A DNA stretch of 64,000 bases from Desulfonatronospira sp. (GTDB taxonomy: Bacteria; Desulfobacterota; Desulfovibrionia; Desulfovibrionales; Desulfonatronovibrionaceae): the NCBI RefSeq assembly GCF_003553695.1, contig NZ_PWFB01000012.1; one strand, given 5' to 3'. Under the pieces are notes generated by a model. That model had not been told where the DNA came from. It made no database searches and was given only the letters and a program-made list of their open reading frames with translations. Positions 49,308 through 58,488 of this stretch are shown one piece after another. A program made the translations under genes and the position numbers. How positions within the stretch are numbered: the first letter of the stretch is position 1; every line of letters begins with the position of its first letter.

Positions 49308-49994
49308 CTAATCCCTGTATGTATACAGATTCCACAGCCGTTCCTGCAGGTTCTTCTGCCTGAAGCGCATCAGGATCAGGGCCGCAGTCACCAGTCCCAT
49401 GGCTATGACGCAGACCACTACAGTGGTCATCATTTCCGGTTCCAGACCGCCGCCCTCAGAGGCAAAAACCGCAGGATGAATGCTGCGCCACATGCGGGCC
49501 GACAAAAATACCAGGGGTACATTCAAAAAGGCCACCACACCAAGGACAGCAGCCACCATGCGCATCTTTCTCTGTCCTTCTATGGACTGGCGCAGCACGA
49601 GGTACCCGGCGTAAATAAACCACATGATAAGAGCTGTGGAGAGCCTGGGGTCCCATGTCCACCAAGTGTTCCATGATACCCTGGCCCAGAGAGAGCCCGT
49701 GGCCAGGGTCAGGGTACTGAGCAAAAGGCCTACCTCGGCTGCCGAAACCGCCAGCTGGTCCATGACCGGACTTTTGCGCACTAGAACTGCTATGCTGGCG
49801 CAAAAGACAATAAAAAAACTTATCAGTCCCCACCAGGCCACCGGCAGATGCAGGTAGAAAATCTTCTGCACCAGGCCCATGGTGGCCTCCACAGGCGCGT
49901 AAAACCAGATAAAATACTGCGCCAGGGCCATGGCTGCCCCGCCGGCCAGGGCCAGGGGACCCAGCAGGGATGAGATGGTGTCGCTGTTATTCAT
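49308..49994 (-). CDS. ccmC: Heme exporter CcmC
   Basis: IFYLHLP, TGSLWAR..WNTWWTWDPRL (WWD domain), WRSIHP. Confidence 0.95.
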   Translation of the reverse strand: MNNSDTISSLLGPLALAGGAAMALAQYFIWFYAPVEATMGLVQKIFYLHLPVAWWGLISFFIVFCASIAVLVRKSPVMDQLAVSAAEVGLLLSTLTLATGSLWARVSWNTWWTWDPRLSTALIMWFIYAGYLVLRQSIEGQRKMRMVAAVLGVVAFLNVPLVFLSARMWRSIHPAVFASEGGGLEPEMMTTVVVCVIAMGLVTAALILMRFRQKNLQERLWNLYTYRD

Positions 49995-50028
49995 TTGTAT
50001 ATTTACTCACGGCTTTAAAAGTATCTTA

Positions 50029-50721
50029 TCAATATTCTCCATAAATAAACGGAAAAAGAAGCAGGGCGGCTCCGGTAAACACGGCATTGAAAGCCAGTAC
50101 CAGACCCATCCATGATCTCAGGTCATCTCCGGATCCATCCCCCAGAAAATAGGACCCCATGCTGATCCCGGCCAGCAGAACCGGTATGAGCAAGGGAAAT
50201 ATGACCACGCTTAAAAGGGAATCCCTGGCACTGTGTCCCTGGGACATGGCCCCCAGAAGCGATCCCACTGCTACCAGTCCCCAGTCCACCAGAAGAATGG
50301 AGCCGATGCCAACCGGCCAGGACACTATCTGGTCCTGTCCCAGGAAAACCACTATTGCAGGAAGAAAAACCGCCTGGGCCATTAACAGAAGCACTCCCCC
50401 GGCCAGGGCCTTGCCCATCCATATGTACTGTATGGGCATGGGCGCCAGCAACAGCCCTATCCTGGACTGGTTGGCCCCCTCGCAGCTGTAAAGGGTGTTG
50501 AACACCAGTATCACTGCAAAGCTGGTGGCCAGCCAGAAAATGGCCGCGGCAGCCTGCGGCGATACATCCTCCCCAACCGGGGTGGAAAGGCTGAAGACAA
50601 ACACCAGGATAAGCCCCAGAAGCACCGGCTGAACAATGCCTGCTCCGTCGGCGAACACCAGCCGCAGATCCTTGGCCATGAGGGCCAGCGGTCTGGCTGT
50701 CACAGCCTGCTCTCCTGGCAT
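50029..50721 (-). CDS. ccmB: Heme exporter CcmB
   Basis: KDLR start, hydrophobic, LLSVVIFPLLIPVL. Confidence 0.9.
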   Translation of the reverse strand: MPGEQAVTARPLALMAKDLRLVFADGAGIVQPVLLGLILVFVFSLSTPVGEDVSPQAAAAIFWLATSFAVILVFNTLYSCEGANQSRIGLLLAPMPIQYIWMGKALAGGVLLLMAQAVFLPAIVVFLGQDQIVSWPVGIGSILLVDWGLVAVGSLLGAMSQGHSARDSLLSVVIFPLLIPVLLAGISMGSYFLGDGSGDDLRSWMGLVLAFNAVFTGAALLLFPFIYGEY

Positions 50722-51380
50722 CTGTCCCGGAAATCTTTTGCCGGGCCAAGGTAGGACTGCTTTTTATTATCAAGGTATAATACCTGGTCAGCCAGATCCA
50801 GGTCCTCCTCCAGGCTGTGGCTGACCCAGACCATGGAAGCACCCCTTTGCCTGGCCTTGGCAATTTCCTCTCTTAACATGCGCCGGGACTGGGCGTCCAT
50901 GCCGGTGGCCGGCTCATCCAGAAAAATAAGCTCAGGCTCAAGCATGAGCACTCTGGCCAGACTTAGTCTCTGGGACATGCCCCTGGAAAATATGCGCGCG
51001 TTTTCATATGCAAAACTCCTGAGTCCCACCAGGGCCAGCAGGTCCAGGAGCTCTTCCTCGCTTTTGACCAGACTGTACATGCCGGCCCAGAACCGCAGGT
51101 TTTCCAGGGCGCTCAGCCCGGGATAGATAAAGGTATGATGCCCCAGATAAGCCGCCTTTACGCTGGATACGCCGGTGTGAACAGTTCCCCTCACCGGTCG
51201 GATCAACCCGGTCATAATATTAACCAGAGTGGTCTTGCCTGCCCCGTTGGGGCCCGCCAGAAGAAGAACCTGACCCTTTCCCAGGCTTAGACTGATATCT
51301 TTAAATACCAGCCGCTGGTCAAAAAAATGACTTACCCGGTCCAGCTCCAGGAGTATATTCTGATTGTCCTTTTCCTGCAT
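50700..51380 (-). CDS. ccmA: Heme exporter ATP-binding CcmA
   Basis: GPNGAGKTT, LSALENL, FSRGMSQR, LDEP; likely ATG 51380 (track uses TTG 51401). Confidence 0.9.
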   Translation of the reverse strand: MQEKDNQNILLELDRVSHFFDQRLVFKDISLSLGKGQVLLLAGPNGAGKTTLVNIMTGLIRPVRGTVHTGVSSVKAAYLGHHTFIYPGLSALENLRFWAGMYSLVKSEEELLDLLALVGLRSFAYENARIFSRGMSQRLSLARVLMLEPELIFLDEPATGMDAQSRRMLREEIAKARQRGASMVWVSHSLEEDLDLADQVLYLDNKKQSYLGPAKDFRDRCQESRL

Positions 51381-51413
51381 GACGTAACTGCAATTAATCA
51401 AAATACAGGATTT

Positions 51414-53318
51414 TTAATTCTCCGGTGCTCTGACCCTGACCCTGCCCATTATCATAAAAATGGACAGGCACAGGATGATGCTGCCTATCCAGATCCAGTT
51501 CACCAGAGGATTGACACTGATTTTAAAGGTGACATTGAGTTCCTGGTCAAACCCCATGATGGTGGAATAAATCTCCTTGCCCAGGGAAAAGATGGTGGAG
51601 ACCTCAGAGTAGGGCTGGTCGAAGTTGCGGTGCAGGGTGCGCTGGGGAAGCATGGTGCCCACTTCCTTGCCGTCCCGGGTCACGTCCAGCCTGGCCTCGT
51701 ATATGGATACCCCGGGGTCGTGTTCTTCCCGGAAATCGGAATAGGTAACCTCAAATCCGCTGATCTCAGCGCTTTCACCCTGGCTCAGCCGTACCTGGAT
51801 CTCCTCCTGGTACGGACCGGAAAAGGCAACCCCCAGGACAATCATGGCCACTCCGAAGTGGACCAGGTAAAGCCCCCAGCCTTTACGGCTGCGGCGCACC
51901 TCCCGCCTGGACAGGATATAAAAGATCATGGACACCATTCCTGCCGTGCCCGCCGAAGCCGCAACCAGGGGCATAAAATCGCGCATACCTCCGATCCAGA
52001 GACCGGCAACAGACACTGCAAAAACCAGAACCACCGCCAGCAGTCCCTGCATGTCCAGAATTCCCTGTCGCCAGTTGAACCAGGGGCAGACACACATGAC
52101 CAGAGCCATGGCAGTAAAAAGGGGCAGGCAGACCCGGTTATAGAAATCCGGCCCCAGTCCCATGGGGTTTTCGGTCCAGATATTGGAAATGACCGGCCAC
52201 ATGGTCCCCATGGCCACTATCACGGCCAGGCCCAGAAAAATCCAGGAAACCACGACGAGAAGTCCCTGTTTGCTCCACAGGCTGTCCATGGCGCTTTTCT
52301 GCTTCTGCCCGGCCATGGCTACAAAAAGAGTAAGGGCCAAACCTGCCAGCATGAAAATAACCAGCGGACCCCCTACTCCCCGGCCGCCGAAAGTATGCAG
52401 GGATTCGATAACATCGCTGCGCACAAGGTAGGTGGCGAAAAAGCAGGTAAGCAGGGAAAGATTGATAAGTATCAGATTGGATCGGTGCAGTACATTTCTC
52501 TGCTTGCCTACTATGGCAGTATGCAGAAATGCCGTGCTTATAAGCCAGGGAATAAGGGAGGCGTTTTCCACCGGGTCCCAGGCCCAGTATCCGCCCCATC
52601 CCAGTTCCATATAGGCCCACCATCCGCCCAGAAGTATGGCTCCGCCGGTGAGCATGACCCAGGCAAAAAGCACCCAGTTGCGGCACTGGAAAATCCAGCT
52701 GCGCTGATCGCCGCTGAGCCACCCGGCCAGAGCCAGGCAGGCCGGGATGGTAAATCCGGCATAGCCCAGAAAGGTCATGGGCGGATGAAATATCATGCCC
52801 ACGTTCTGCAAAAGCGGGTTCAGCCCGCTCCCGCCCATGGGCTGGATATCATAGACGATAAAGGGATTGCTGGGTCCGGTAAGCAAAAGCAGTAAAAAAC
52901 CCTGGACAATAAACATCATTCCCCAGAACCAGGCCTTGGTGTCCCTGGCCAGTGACTTGTACACTGGAGACAAAAGCCAGATACCGGCCATGATGACCAC
53001 CACCCACAGCCAGAAGAGAAGAGATCCTTCCTGACCGGCCCAGAAAGCTGAAACCTGATAATGCATGGGCAGAAACTCATCTGAGTTTCTGTAAACATAA
53101 GAGTATGTAAAATCACGGGTGACAAAAGCCCAGAGAAGTACAAGGGAACTTAGGGTAACCAGACCCGTAACAGCTGCCTGCCCCCGTTCCAGCCAGGACA
53201 CGATCTTTATATCCTCTCCAGTACTTCTGGTGCGCCATAATCCTGCAAAAGCAGCTCCAGCCAGGAGAATCATGATGATAAGCGACGTCAGCAGTGCGAA
53301 AAAGCCCAGATAGTGCAT
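51414..53318 (-). CDS. ccmF: Cytochrome c maturation heme lyase CcmF
   Basis: FWAGQEGSLL, HPP, GGWWAY.ELGWGGYWAWDPVEN, HTF, HFG. Confidence 0.96.
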   Translation of the reverse strand: MHYLGFFALLTSLIIMILLAGAAFAGLWRTRSTGEDIKIVSWLERGQAAVTGLVTLSSLVLLWAFVTRDFTYSYVYRNSDEFLPMHYQVSAFWAGQEGSLLFWLWVVVIMAGIWLLSPVYKSLARDTKAWFWGMMFIVQGFLLLLLTGPSNPFIVYDIQPMGGSGLNPLLQNVGMIFHPPMTFLGYAGFTIPACLALAGWLSGDQRSWIFQCRNWVLFAWVMLTGGAILLGGWWAYMELGWGGYWAWDPVENASLIPWLISTAFLHTAIVGKQRNVLHRSNLILINLSLLTCFFATYLVRSDVIESLHTFGGRGVGGPLVIFMLAGLALTLFVAMAGQKQKSAMDSLWSKQGLLVVVSWIFLGLAVIVAMGTMWPVISNIWTENPMGLGPDFYNRVCLPLFTAMALVMCVCPWFNWRQGILDMQGLLAVVLVFAVSVAGLWIGGMRDFMPLVAASAGTAGMVSMIFYILSRREVRRSRKGWGLYLVHFGVAMIVLGVAFSGPYQEEIQVRLSQGESAEISGFEVTYSDFREEHDPGVSIYEARLDVTRDGKEVGTMLPQRTLHRNFDQPYSEVSTIFSLGKEIYSTIMGFDQELNVTFKISVNPLVNWIWIGSIILCLSIFMIMGRVRVRAPEN

Positions 53319-53422
53319 GAGAAAATCCTACTGTTTCAGGGTTGATTAATCCAAAAATAAAGGCCCGCCCCGGGATGCAGGCAGAGCCTTTGTGGGTTCA
53401 TCTGTTGAAAAGGAGAAAGCCG

Positions 53423-53833
53423 TTATTGTTTACTCTCGTATCGGGACGGACACTGGGTCATGAGGTCGTGGGCCATGAAAATTCCTTCCTCGGGCCTGGC
53501 CTGACCCTCGACAATAACCCCGGCTCCAGGTCTGAAAGCATCGGGAACCGCTCCCGCATACCTTACCCGGATGACCTTGTCCTTGTCATCCTTATCCTGG
53601 AGCATGAAGGTCACCCCCAGGGCATCACTGTCTCTTTCAAGTTCTTCCTCTGCCACCTTGCCGAAAAGCCTGGCCCTGTCCAGCTTGTCCTGGTCCATGG
53701 CCAGGGCCTCGGAGACCTCCAGAAAATAGGTGCTGCTCTGGGTTACACTGGTAACCACCAGATATCCCACTCCGGAAAAGATCAGCAAAAAGGCTGCAAG
53801 ATACATGAATTTTGATTTTTTTTGTGTGGACAT
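53423..53833 (-). CDS. ccmE: Heme chaperone CcmE, CxxxY variant
   Basis: N-terminal TM, RLFGKV, YAGAVPDAF, C-terminal QCPSRY; start moved to ATG 53833 behind AGGAGG. Confidence 0.93.
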   Translation of the reverse strand: MSTQKKSKFMYLAAFLLIFSGVGYLVVTSVTQSSTYFLEVSEALAMDQDKLDRARLFGKVAEEELERDSDALGVTFMLQDKDDKDKVIRVRYAGAVPDAFRPGAGVIVEGQARPEEGIFMAHDLMTQCPSRYESKQ

Positions 53834-54074
53834 ACAGAAGTCCTCCTGTAAAACGTGTTCCAGGCAGGGTGACAAGCCCTCGAAAATGATCCTGCAGGCT
53901 TACTGCAGGCGATGCTGTCAACAGTTCATAAGAATAATACACCTTCTTTGTTCAGCATTCAAGCACAAATAAATTCTATGCACTGTCTAAGTGCGGATAC
54001 ATATCTGCTCCAGGGTGCTGCCTGCGCCAGTCCCGAACCTGGAAAGTTTATTTTATTTTAATATATTAGGATTA

Positions 54075-54090
54075 AGCACATTTTGTGCCA
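54075..54090 (-). promoter_or_regulatory. Possible sigma-54 promoter upstream of the ccm operon
   Basis: Minus strand TGGCAC-AAAAT-GTGCT, GG-N10-GC spacing, one mismatch at -12 box. Confidence 0.35.
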
Positions 54091-54119
54091 GTTCTTGCTT
54101 CTGATAACCGTGGTCGGTG

Positions 54120-55184
54120 TCATCCGGTACCCTTTTGAGACCCCCCTGAGCTGCTTTGATTTCTAAGCTCCGCCCTGCTCTGCCTGGCCAGTTCGCGCAT
54201 ATCCACCACCTCATCTGTCTCGTCAACTATTTCCTTGCCCAGAATCTCTTCCATGACATCCTCCAGGGTGACCAGTCCGGCAATACCGCCATATTCATCC
54301 AGAACCATGAAAAGATGTACCCTGGAATTGAGGCACTTTATGAGCAGGCGGTCCAGGCTCATGGTTTCCACCACGAAGTCCACCCGACGCATAAGGTCTT
54401 CCAGCCGGATATGATCCTGGTCCCTGGCCAGAGCATCCAGAATCTGGCTGCGGTTGACAATTCCCACAACATCCTCGGGATCATCCCCTTCGTAAACAGG
54501 TATGCGGCTGTGGGGCCAGAAGGTCCTGTACTCCCTGGCTTCAGACACAGTCATTTTCGCCGGCAGGGAAAAGATAACCATCCTGGGGGTCATGATTTCC
54601 CTGACCATCTTTTTGTCCAGGGAAAGGATATTCTGGATGGTCAGTTCCTCATAAGGCTTGATGACCCCGGAGCGTCTGGTAAGGCTGATCATGGCAAGCA
54701 GATCCTCCTCAGAGGTTGTCGGCCCGGGTTTTTTTCTTTCAATAAAGACCACCAGGTACCTGCATATCACTATTATGGGCTTTAGCACCCACACCAGGGC
54801 CACCAGAGGCTTGGCCAGAGCAGGAGCCACCCTCCTGTTGAACACCACGCCCATGGTTTTGGGGATTATCTCTGAAAATATAAGTATTGTCAGGGTAAAG
54901 ACAATGGAAAAATAGATAAGATTGTGCGCCCCGAACACACTGGCCGCAGCTGCCCCGGCTATGGCCGCGCCCGCTGTGTTGGCCAGGGTGTTCAGGGTCA
55001 AAATGGCGGTAATGGGCTGGTCGATTCTGGAGCGCAGGGCGTACAAAAGCTGCCCGCTTTTTTTCTTTTCCTTCTTAAGCCGTTCTATAAAGCTCCAGGG
55101 TACGGAGTAAAGCGCAGCCTCGGCAACGGAACAAAATGCGGATACAACCACCGCAAGGGAAAAGGCAATGATTAGTTCCCACAT
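54120..55184 (-). CDS. CNNM/DUF21-CBS (CorC/hemolysin-like) membrane protein
   Basis: SAFCSVAEAAL, ILTLNT, SEIIPK, IMTPR, HSRIPVY, LDEYGG..GLVTLEDVMEEILG. Confidence 0.92.
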   Translation of the reverse strand: MWELIIAFSLAVVVSAFCSVAEAALYSVPWSFIERLKKEKKKSGQLLYALRSRIDQPITAILTLNTLANTAGAAIAGAAAASVFGAHNLIYFSIVFTLTILIFSEIIPKTMGVVFNRRVAPALAKPLVALVWVLKPIIVICRYLVVFIERKKPGPTTSEEDLLAMISLTRRSGVIKPYEELTIQNILSLDKKMVREIMTPRMVIFSLPAKMTVSEAREYRTFWPHSRIPVYEGDDPEDVVGIVNRSQILDALARDQDHIRLEDLMRRVDFVVETMSLDRLLIKCLNSRVHLFMVLDEYGGIAGLVTLEDVMEEILGKEIVDETDEVVDMRELARQSRAELRNQSSSGGSQKGTG

Positions 55185-55263
55185 AGATTATCAGCAGCTA
55201 ACAGAAGGCTGCACTGGAAGCAAGCACAACCTGATCAAAACCTGAAAACATTCGCCACCAGAA

Positions 55264-56538
55264 CTAACCTTGCCTTGCGGTTACCGAGTTGCCGGCCACC
55301 CAGCCGGTGGAAAAAGCCGCCTGGAGGTTGAAGCCGCCAGTGCCAGCGTCAACGTCTAAAACCTCGCCTGCAAAGTAGAGGCCCTGGACTTTTCTGGACT
55401 GCATGGTCCTGGGATCCACTTCTGAAAGCTTTATTCCTCCGGAAGTGATTATGGCCTCATTGAAAGACCGGTACCCGGTGATGTCCATACAGAGCTCCTT
55501 ACACCACATACGCAGAGCCTTCTGTTCACTGGCGGAAAGATCACTGCCCGGTTTGTCCGGATCAATATCGGAATTCTTTAGAAAAACGGGGATCATTTTT
55601 ATGGGCAGAAATTCCTTGAGCAGATTGGATATCTTTTTTCTGCCCCGGGCATGCATCCGGCTGGATATCCGGGATTTCAAGGCGGTGTGACTCACTGCAG
55701 GTTTCAGGTCAATGACCAGCTTGACTTCCAGATTCCGGCTCAAGGCCCGGACCACATCTTTGCTCAGGGAAAGGACAATGGGGCCGGATACCCCGAAATG
55801 GGTAAAAAGCATTTCCCCGAAATCTTCCACCTGCTTTTTTCCCTGGACATAGATCCCGGCCCGCACGTTTCTAAGGCTTAAGCCCTGCATCATCGGGGCG
55901 GTGTCCCCTTTTGTCTCCAGGGGGACCAGACCTGGATAGACCGGGACAATTTCATGCCCTAGAGCCCTGGCCAGAGCGTAGCCGTCCCCAGTGGACCCGG
56001 TAGCCGGGTAAGACGCTCCGCCTGTGGCAATGACGATATTCTCGCCTCGAAAAAACTCTTCTGTTGTACCATGCTTGTCCGTCACCCCCCCGCGGACCCG
56101 GCCCTTTTCTGCAACAATCTGTCTTACTGCCTTAGCAGTCTTTATTTTTACCCCGGCCTCTTTCACCCAGCCAACCAGGGCTCGTACCACGTCAGAAGCC
56201 TGCTGGGTGCGTGGAAACACTCTGCCCCCTCTTTCTTCCTCGGTCTCAAGTCCCAGCGAGTTGAAAAAAGAAACCAGATCCCGGCTGGAGAAACGGCCCA
56301 GGGCAAAACGCATAAATTTTGCCCCGTGGCCAAAGGTACGCAGGAAATCATCATTTGCAGCGGTATTGGTAAGATTGCAGCGCCCCTTGCCGGTAATGCC
56401 CAGTTTCCTGGCCGGCAGGTGCTTTTTTTCCAGAAGAATCACCTGCAGCCCTCTCGTCGCCGCCTGCCCGGCGGCCATAAGACCGGCAGGCCCCCCGCCC
56501 ACTACGATTACTTCCTGGCGAGAGTCTGCTTGCGCCAT
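55264..56538 (-). CDS. HI0933/BaiN family NAD(P)/FAD-dependent oxidoreductase
   Basis: GGGPAG, GKGRCNLTN, GGRVFP, ATGGASYP.TGSTGDGY, LFTHFGVSGP, GGFNLQAAFSTG. Confidence 0.93.
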   Translation of the reverse strand: MAQADSRQEVIVVGGGPAGLMAAGQAATRGLQVILLEKKHLPARKLGITGKGRCNLTNTAANDDFLRTFGHGAKFMRFALGRFSSRDLVSFFNSLGLETEEERGGRVFPRTQQASDVVRALVGWVKEAGVKIKTAKAVRQIVAEKGRVRGGVTDKHGTTEEFFRGENIVIATGGASYPATGSTGDGYALARALGHEIVPVYPGLVPLETKGDTAPMMQGLSLRNVRAGIYVQGKKQVEDFGEMLFTHFGVSGPIVLSLSKDVVRALSRNLEVKLVIDLKPAVSHTALKSRISSRMHARGRKKISNLLKEFLPIKMIPVFLKNSDIDPDKPGSDLSASEQKALRMWCKELCMDITGYRSFNEAIITSGGIKLSEVDPRTMQSRKVQGLYFAGEVLDVDAGTGGFNLQAAFSTGWVAGNSVTARQG

Positions 56539-57605
56539 CAGATCCTGGGCTGAAAAAAAGAGTCTCTGCGCACCGGGTTCATCCCTGCAGCCCGTATATG
56601 ATGCCTTAGCTGATCAACTCCCAGGCCTGTGGGTGTATCCGCACCTGCGGCGTGGCCCACCTTTTCCTCGACAATGGTCCCGTCAAAATCATCAGCTCCG
56701 TACCAGAGTCCAAGCTGGGCGGCCTTTATGCCGCAAAAGGCCCAGTAAGCCTTGATATGTGCGATATTGTCCAGAAAGATGCGGGAGATGGACCACATTT
56801 TAACCAGGTCCACACCGTCCGGTCCGGAAGCCTGCAATTCATTTCTGCCCGGCTGATAAGGCAGAGGGATAAAGCACAGAAATCCGCCGCTTCTGTCCTG
56901 CAGATCGCGCAGGGCCTGCAGATGATCCAGGCGATCCGTCCAGGACTCCACGTGACCGAAAAGAAGGGTGCAGTTGGTGGGTATATTCAGGCTGTGGGCC
57001 AGCTCATGCACCTTGAGCCACTCTTCCCCGGAAAGCTTTTCCGGGCAGAGCTCTCTGCGCAGCTGCGGGGAAAAGACCTCTGCTCCGCCGCCGGGCAGGG
57101 CATCCAGTCCGGCCTGCACGAACTCGGTCAAGACCTGTTCTCTCGTCTTTTCATACTGCCCGGCCAGATAGGCTATTTCCACTGCGGTAAAGGCCTTGAT
57201 GTGCACTTCCGGGCGGATCTCCTTGATGGCCGTGAGCATCTCCAGGTAATAGTCATAAGGAAGGTCCGGATTCAGGCCTCCCACCACATGGATCTCGTCA
57301 ATGGGCTCGTGCAGCCGGCTCTTGATTGCTTCACGCACCTGGTCCACGCTCATGACGTAAGCGCCTTCTTCCCCTGCCCTTTTGCTGTAGGCACAGAACC
57401 GGCAGGCATTGCTGCAGATATTGGTATAGTTCAGGTGCTGGTTGTATACGAAAAAGGCCTGATCCCCGAACATCCTGGTCCGCACCTTCAGAGCAGCCTG
57501 ACCCAGTTGGTGCAAACCGGCGGACCGGACCAGGAAAAGGGCATCTTCCCGGCTGATACGCCCGCCTTCATGTACCCGGCTTAAAATGTTCTCCAGATCA
57601 CTCAT
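56538..57605 (-). CDS. mqnE: Aminodeoxyfutalosine synthase (radical SAM, futalosine pathway)
   Basis: NYTNICSNACRFCAY (CxxxCxxC), IKAFTAVEI, PGGGAE, HIKAYW (MqnE-type, not MqnC NIQAS). Confidence 0.85.
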   Translation of the reverse strand: MSDLENILSRVHEGGRISREDALFLVRSAGLHQLGQAALKVRTRMFGDQAFFVYNQHLNYTNICSNACRFCAYSKRAGEEGAYVMSVDQVREAIKSRLHEPIDEIHVVGGLNPDLPYDYYLEMLTAIKEIRPEVHIKAFTAVEIAYLAGQYEKTREQVLTEFVQAGLDALPGGGAEVFSPQLRRELCPEKLSGEEWLKVHELAHSLNIPTNCTLLFGHVESWTDRLDHLQALRDLQDRSGGFLCFIPLPYQPGRNELQASGPDGVDLVKMWSISRIFLDNIAHIKAYWAFCGIKAAQLGLWYGADDFDGTIVEEKVGHAAGADTPTGLGVDQLRHHIRAAGMNPVRRDSFFQPRI

Positions 57606-58488
57606 AGGTAAAAATCCACCTGGGCCCCAGGATATTGTCCCCCAGGGAGAATTCGCTTAAGATCCTGCGCAGGATGGAGATCTTTTCCTCGGGTCCTTCC
57701 AGCTGCTTGGCGTCCCTGGGCAGCTGGACCTTTTCACAGAGTATATCCAGGGCCTCGCTTCTGCCCCCCAGCTCATCCACCAGCCCAGCCTCCAGGGCCT
57801 GCCTTCCGGTCATGGCCCGACCGTCAGCCAGATCAAAAACCCTTTGCTCGTCCATGCCCCTGGCCAGGGCCACGTCCTGCACAAACTGTTCGTGCATATC
57901 ATCCACCAGGCCCTGAAAGTATTCTCTCTCCTCGTCGGTCATGGGCCGGGATACTGTCCCGGCATCCTTGAAATCGCCGCTGTAGACCCCCTGGTCCTCG
58001 ATACCCAGCTTTTGCAGAAGCTCCTGGATATTGGTCAGGGTGACCTTGACCCCGATGCTGGCGGTCAGTGTTCCCGGATTGGCCACTATCAACCCGGCCG
58101 GACTGGCTGCGTAGTATCCCCCCGAGGCAGCCACGGAGCTGAGGGAAGCCACCACCGGCTTCTTTTGGGCCAGGCTCTTTACAGCCCTGAAGACCTCCTG
58201 GGACGGAGCCACCACTCCCCCGGGAGAGTTGACTCTCAAAAGAACCCCTTTTACGGAATCGTTTTCTTCCAGTTCCTGTATCCAGTCCACAATATCCCTG
58301 GAGTCAGTAATAAGCCCGCTGACGTTCACCACCCCGATCTTGGGCTGGGTCCTTAATTTTGGCCCGTCAAAAAACAGATAATTAAAAACGGCCATGGCCA
58401 GCATGAATGCGACCACGGCCGTAATTATGAGCAGGAAACCAAAAATCAGCGGATGTCTCTGGCTGAATTTAGTCTTGCTTGTCTCCAT
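57598..58488 (-). CDS. sppA: Signal peptide peptidase SppA (36K type)
   Basis: LRVNSPGG, AASGGYY (Ser), GTLTASIGV, FKD (Lys), ADGR..TG.QA..GLVDELG. Confidence 0.94.
   Translation of the reverse strand: METSKTKFSQRHPLIFGFLLIITAVVAFMLAMAVFNYLFFDGPKLRTQPKIGVVNVSGLITDSRDIVDWIQELEENDSVKGVLLRVNSPGGVVAPSQEVFRAVKSLAQKKPVVASLSSVAASGGYYAASPAGLIVANPGTLTASIGVKVTLTNIQELLQKLGIEDQGVYSGDFKDAGTVSRPMTDEEREYFQGLVDDMHEQFVQDVALARGMDEQRVFDLADGRAMTGRQALEAGLVDELGGRSEALDILCEKVQLPRDAKQLEGPEEKISILRRILSEFSLGDNILGPRWIFTYE

Noticed and set aside
51327-52895. 522-aa plus-strand ORF
   Set aside because: Antisense shadow of ccmF with no motif; long opposite-strand frames are common in GC-rich coding DNA
53990-54045. Possible SRP RNA (ffs) from CAGG..GCAGC on the minus strand
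   Set aside because: The conserved CAGG-x-CCGGAAGGAAGCAGC loop is not matched; an Infernal scan would settle it
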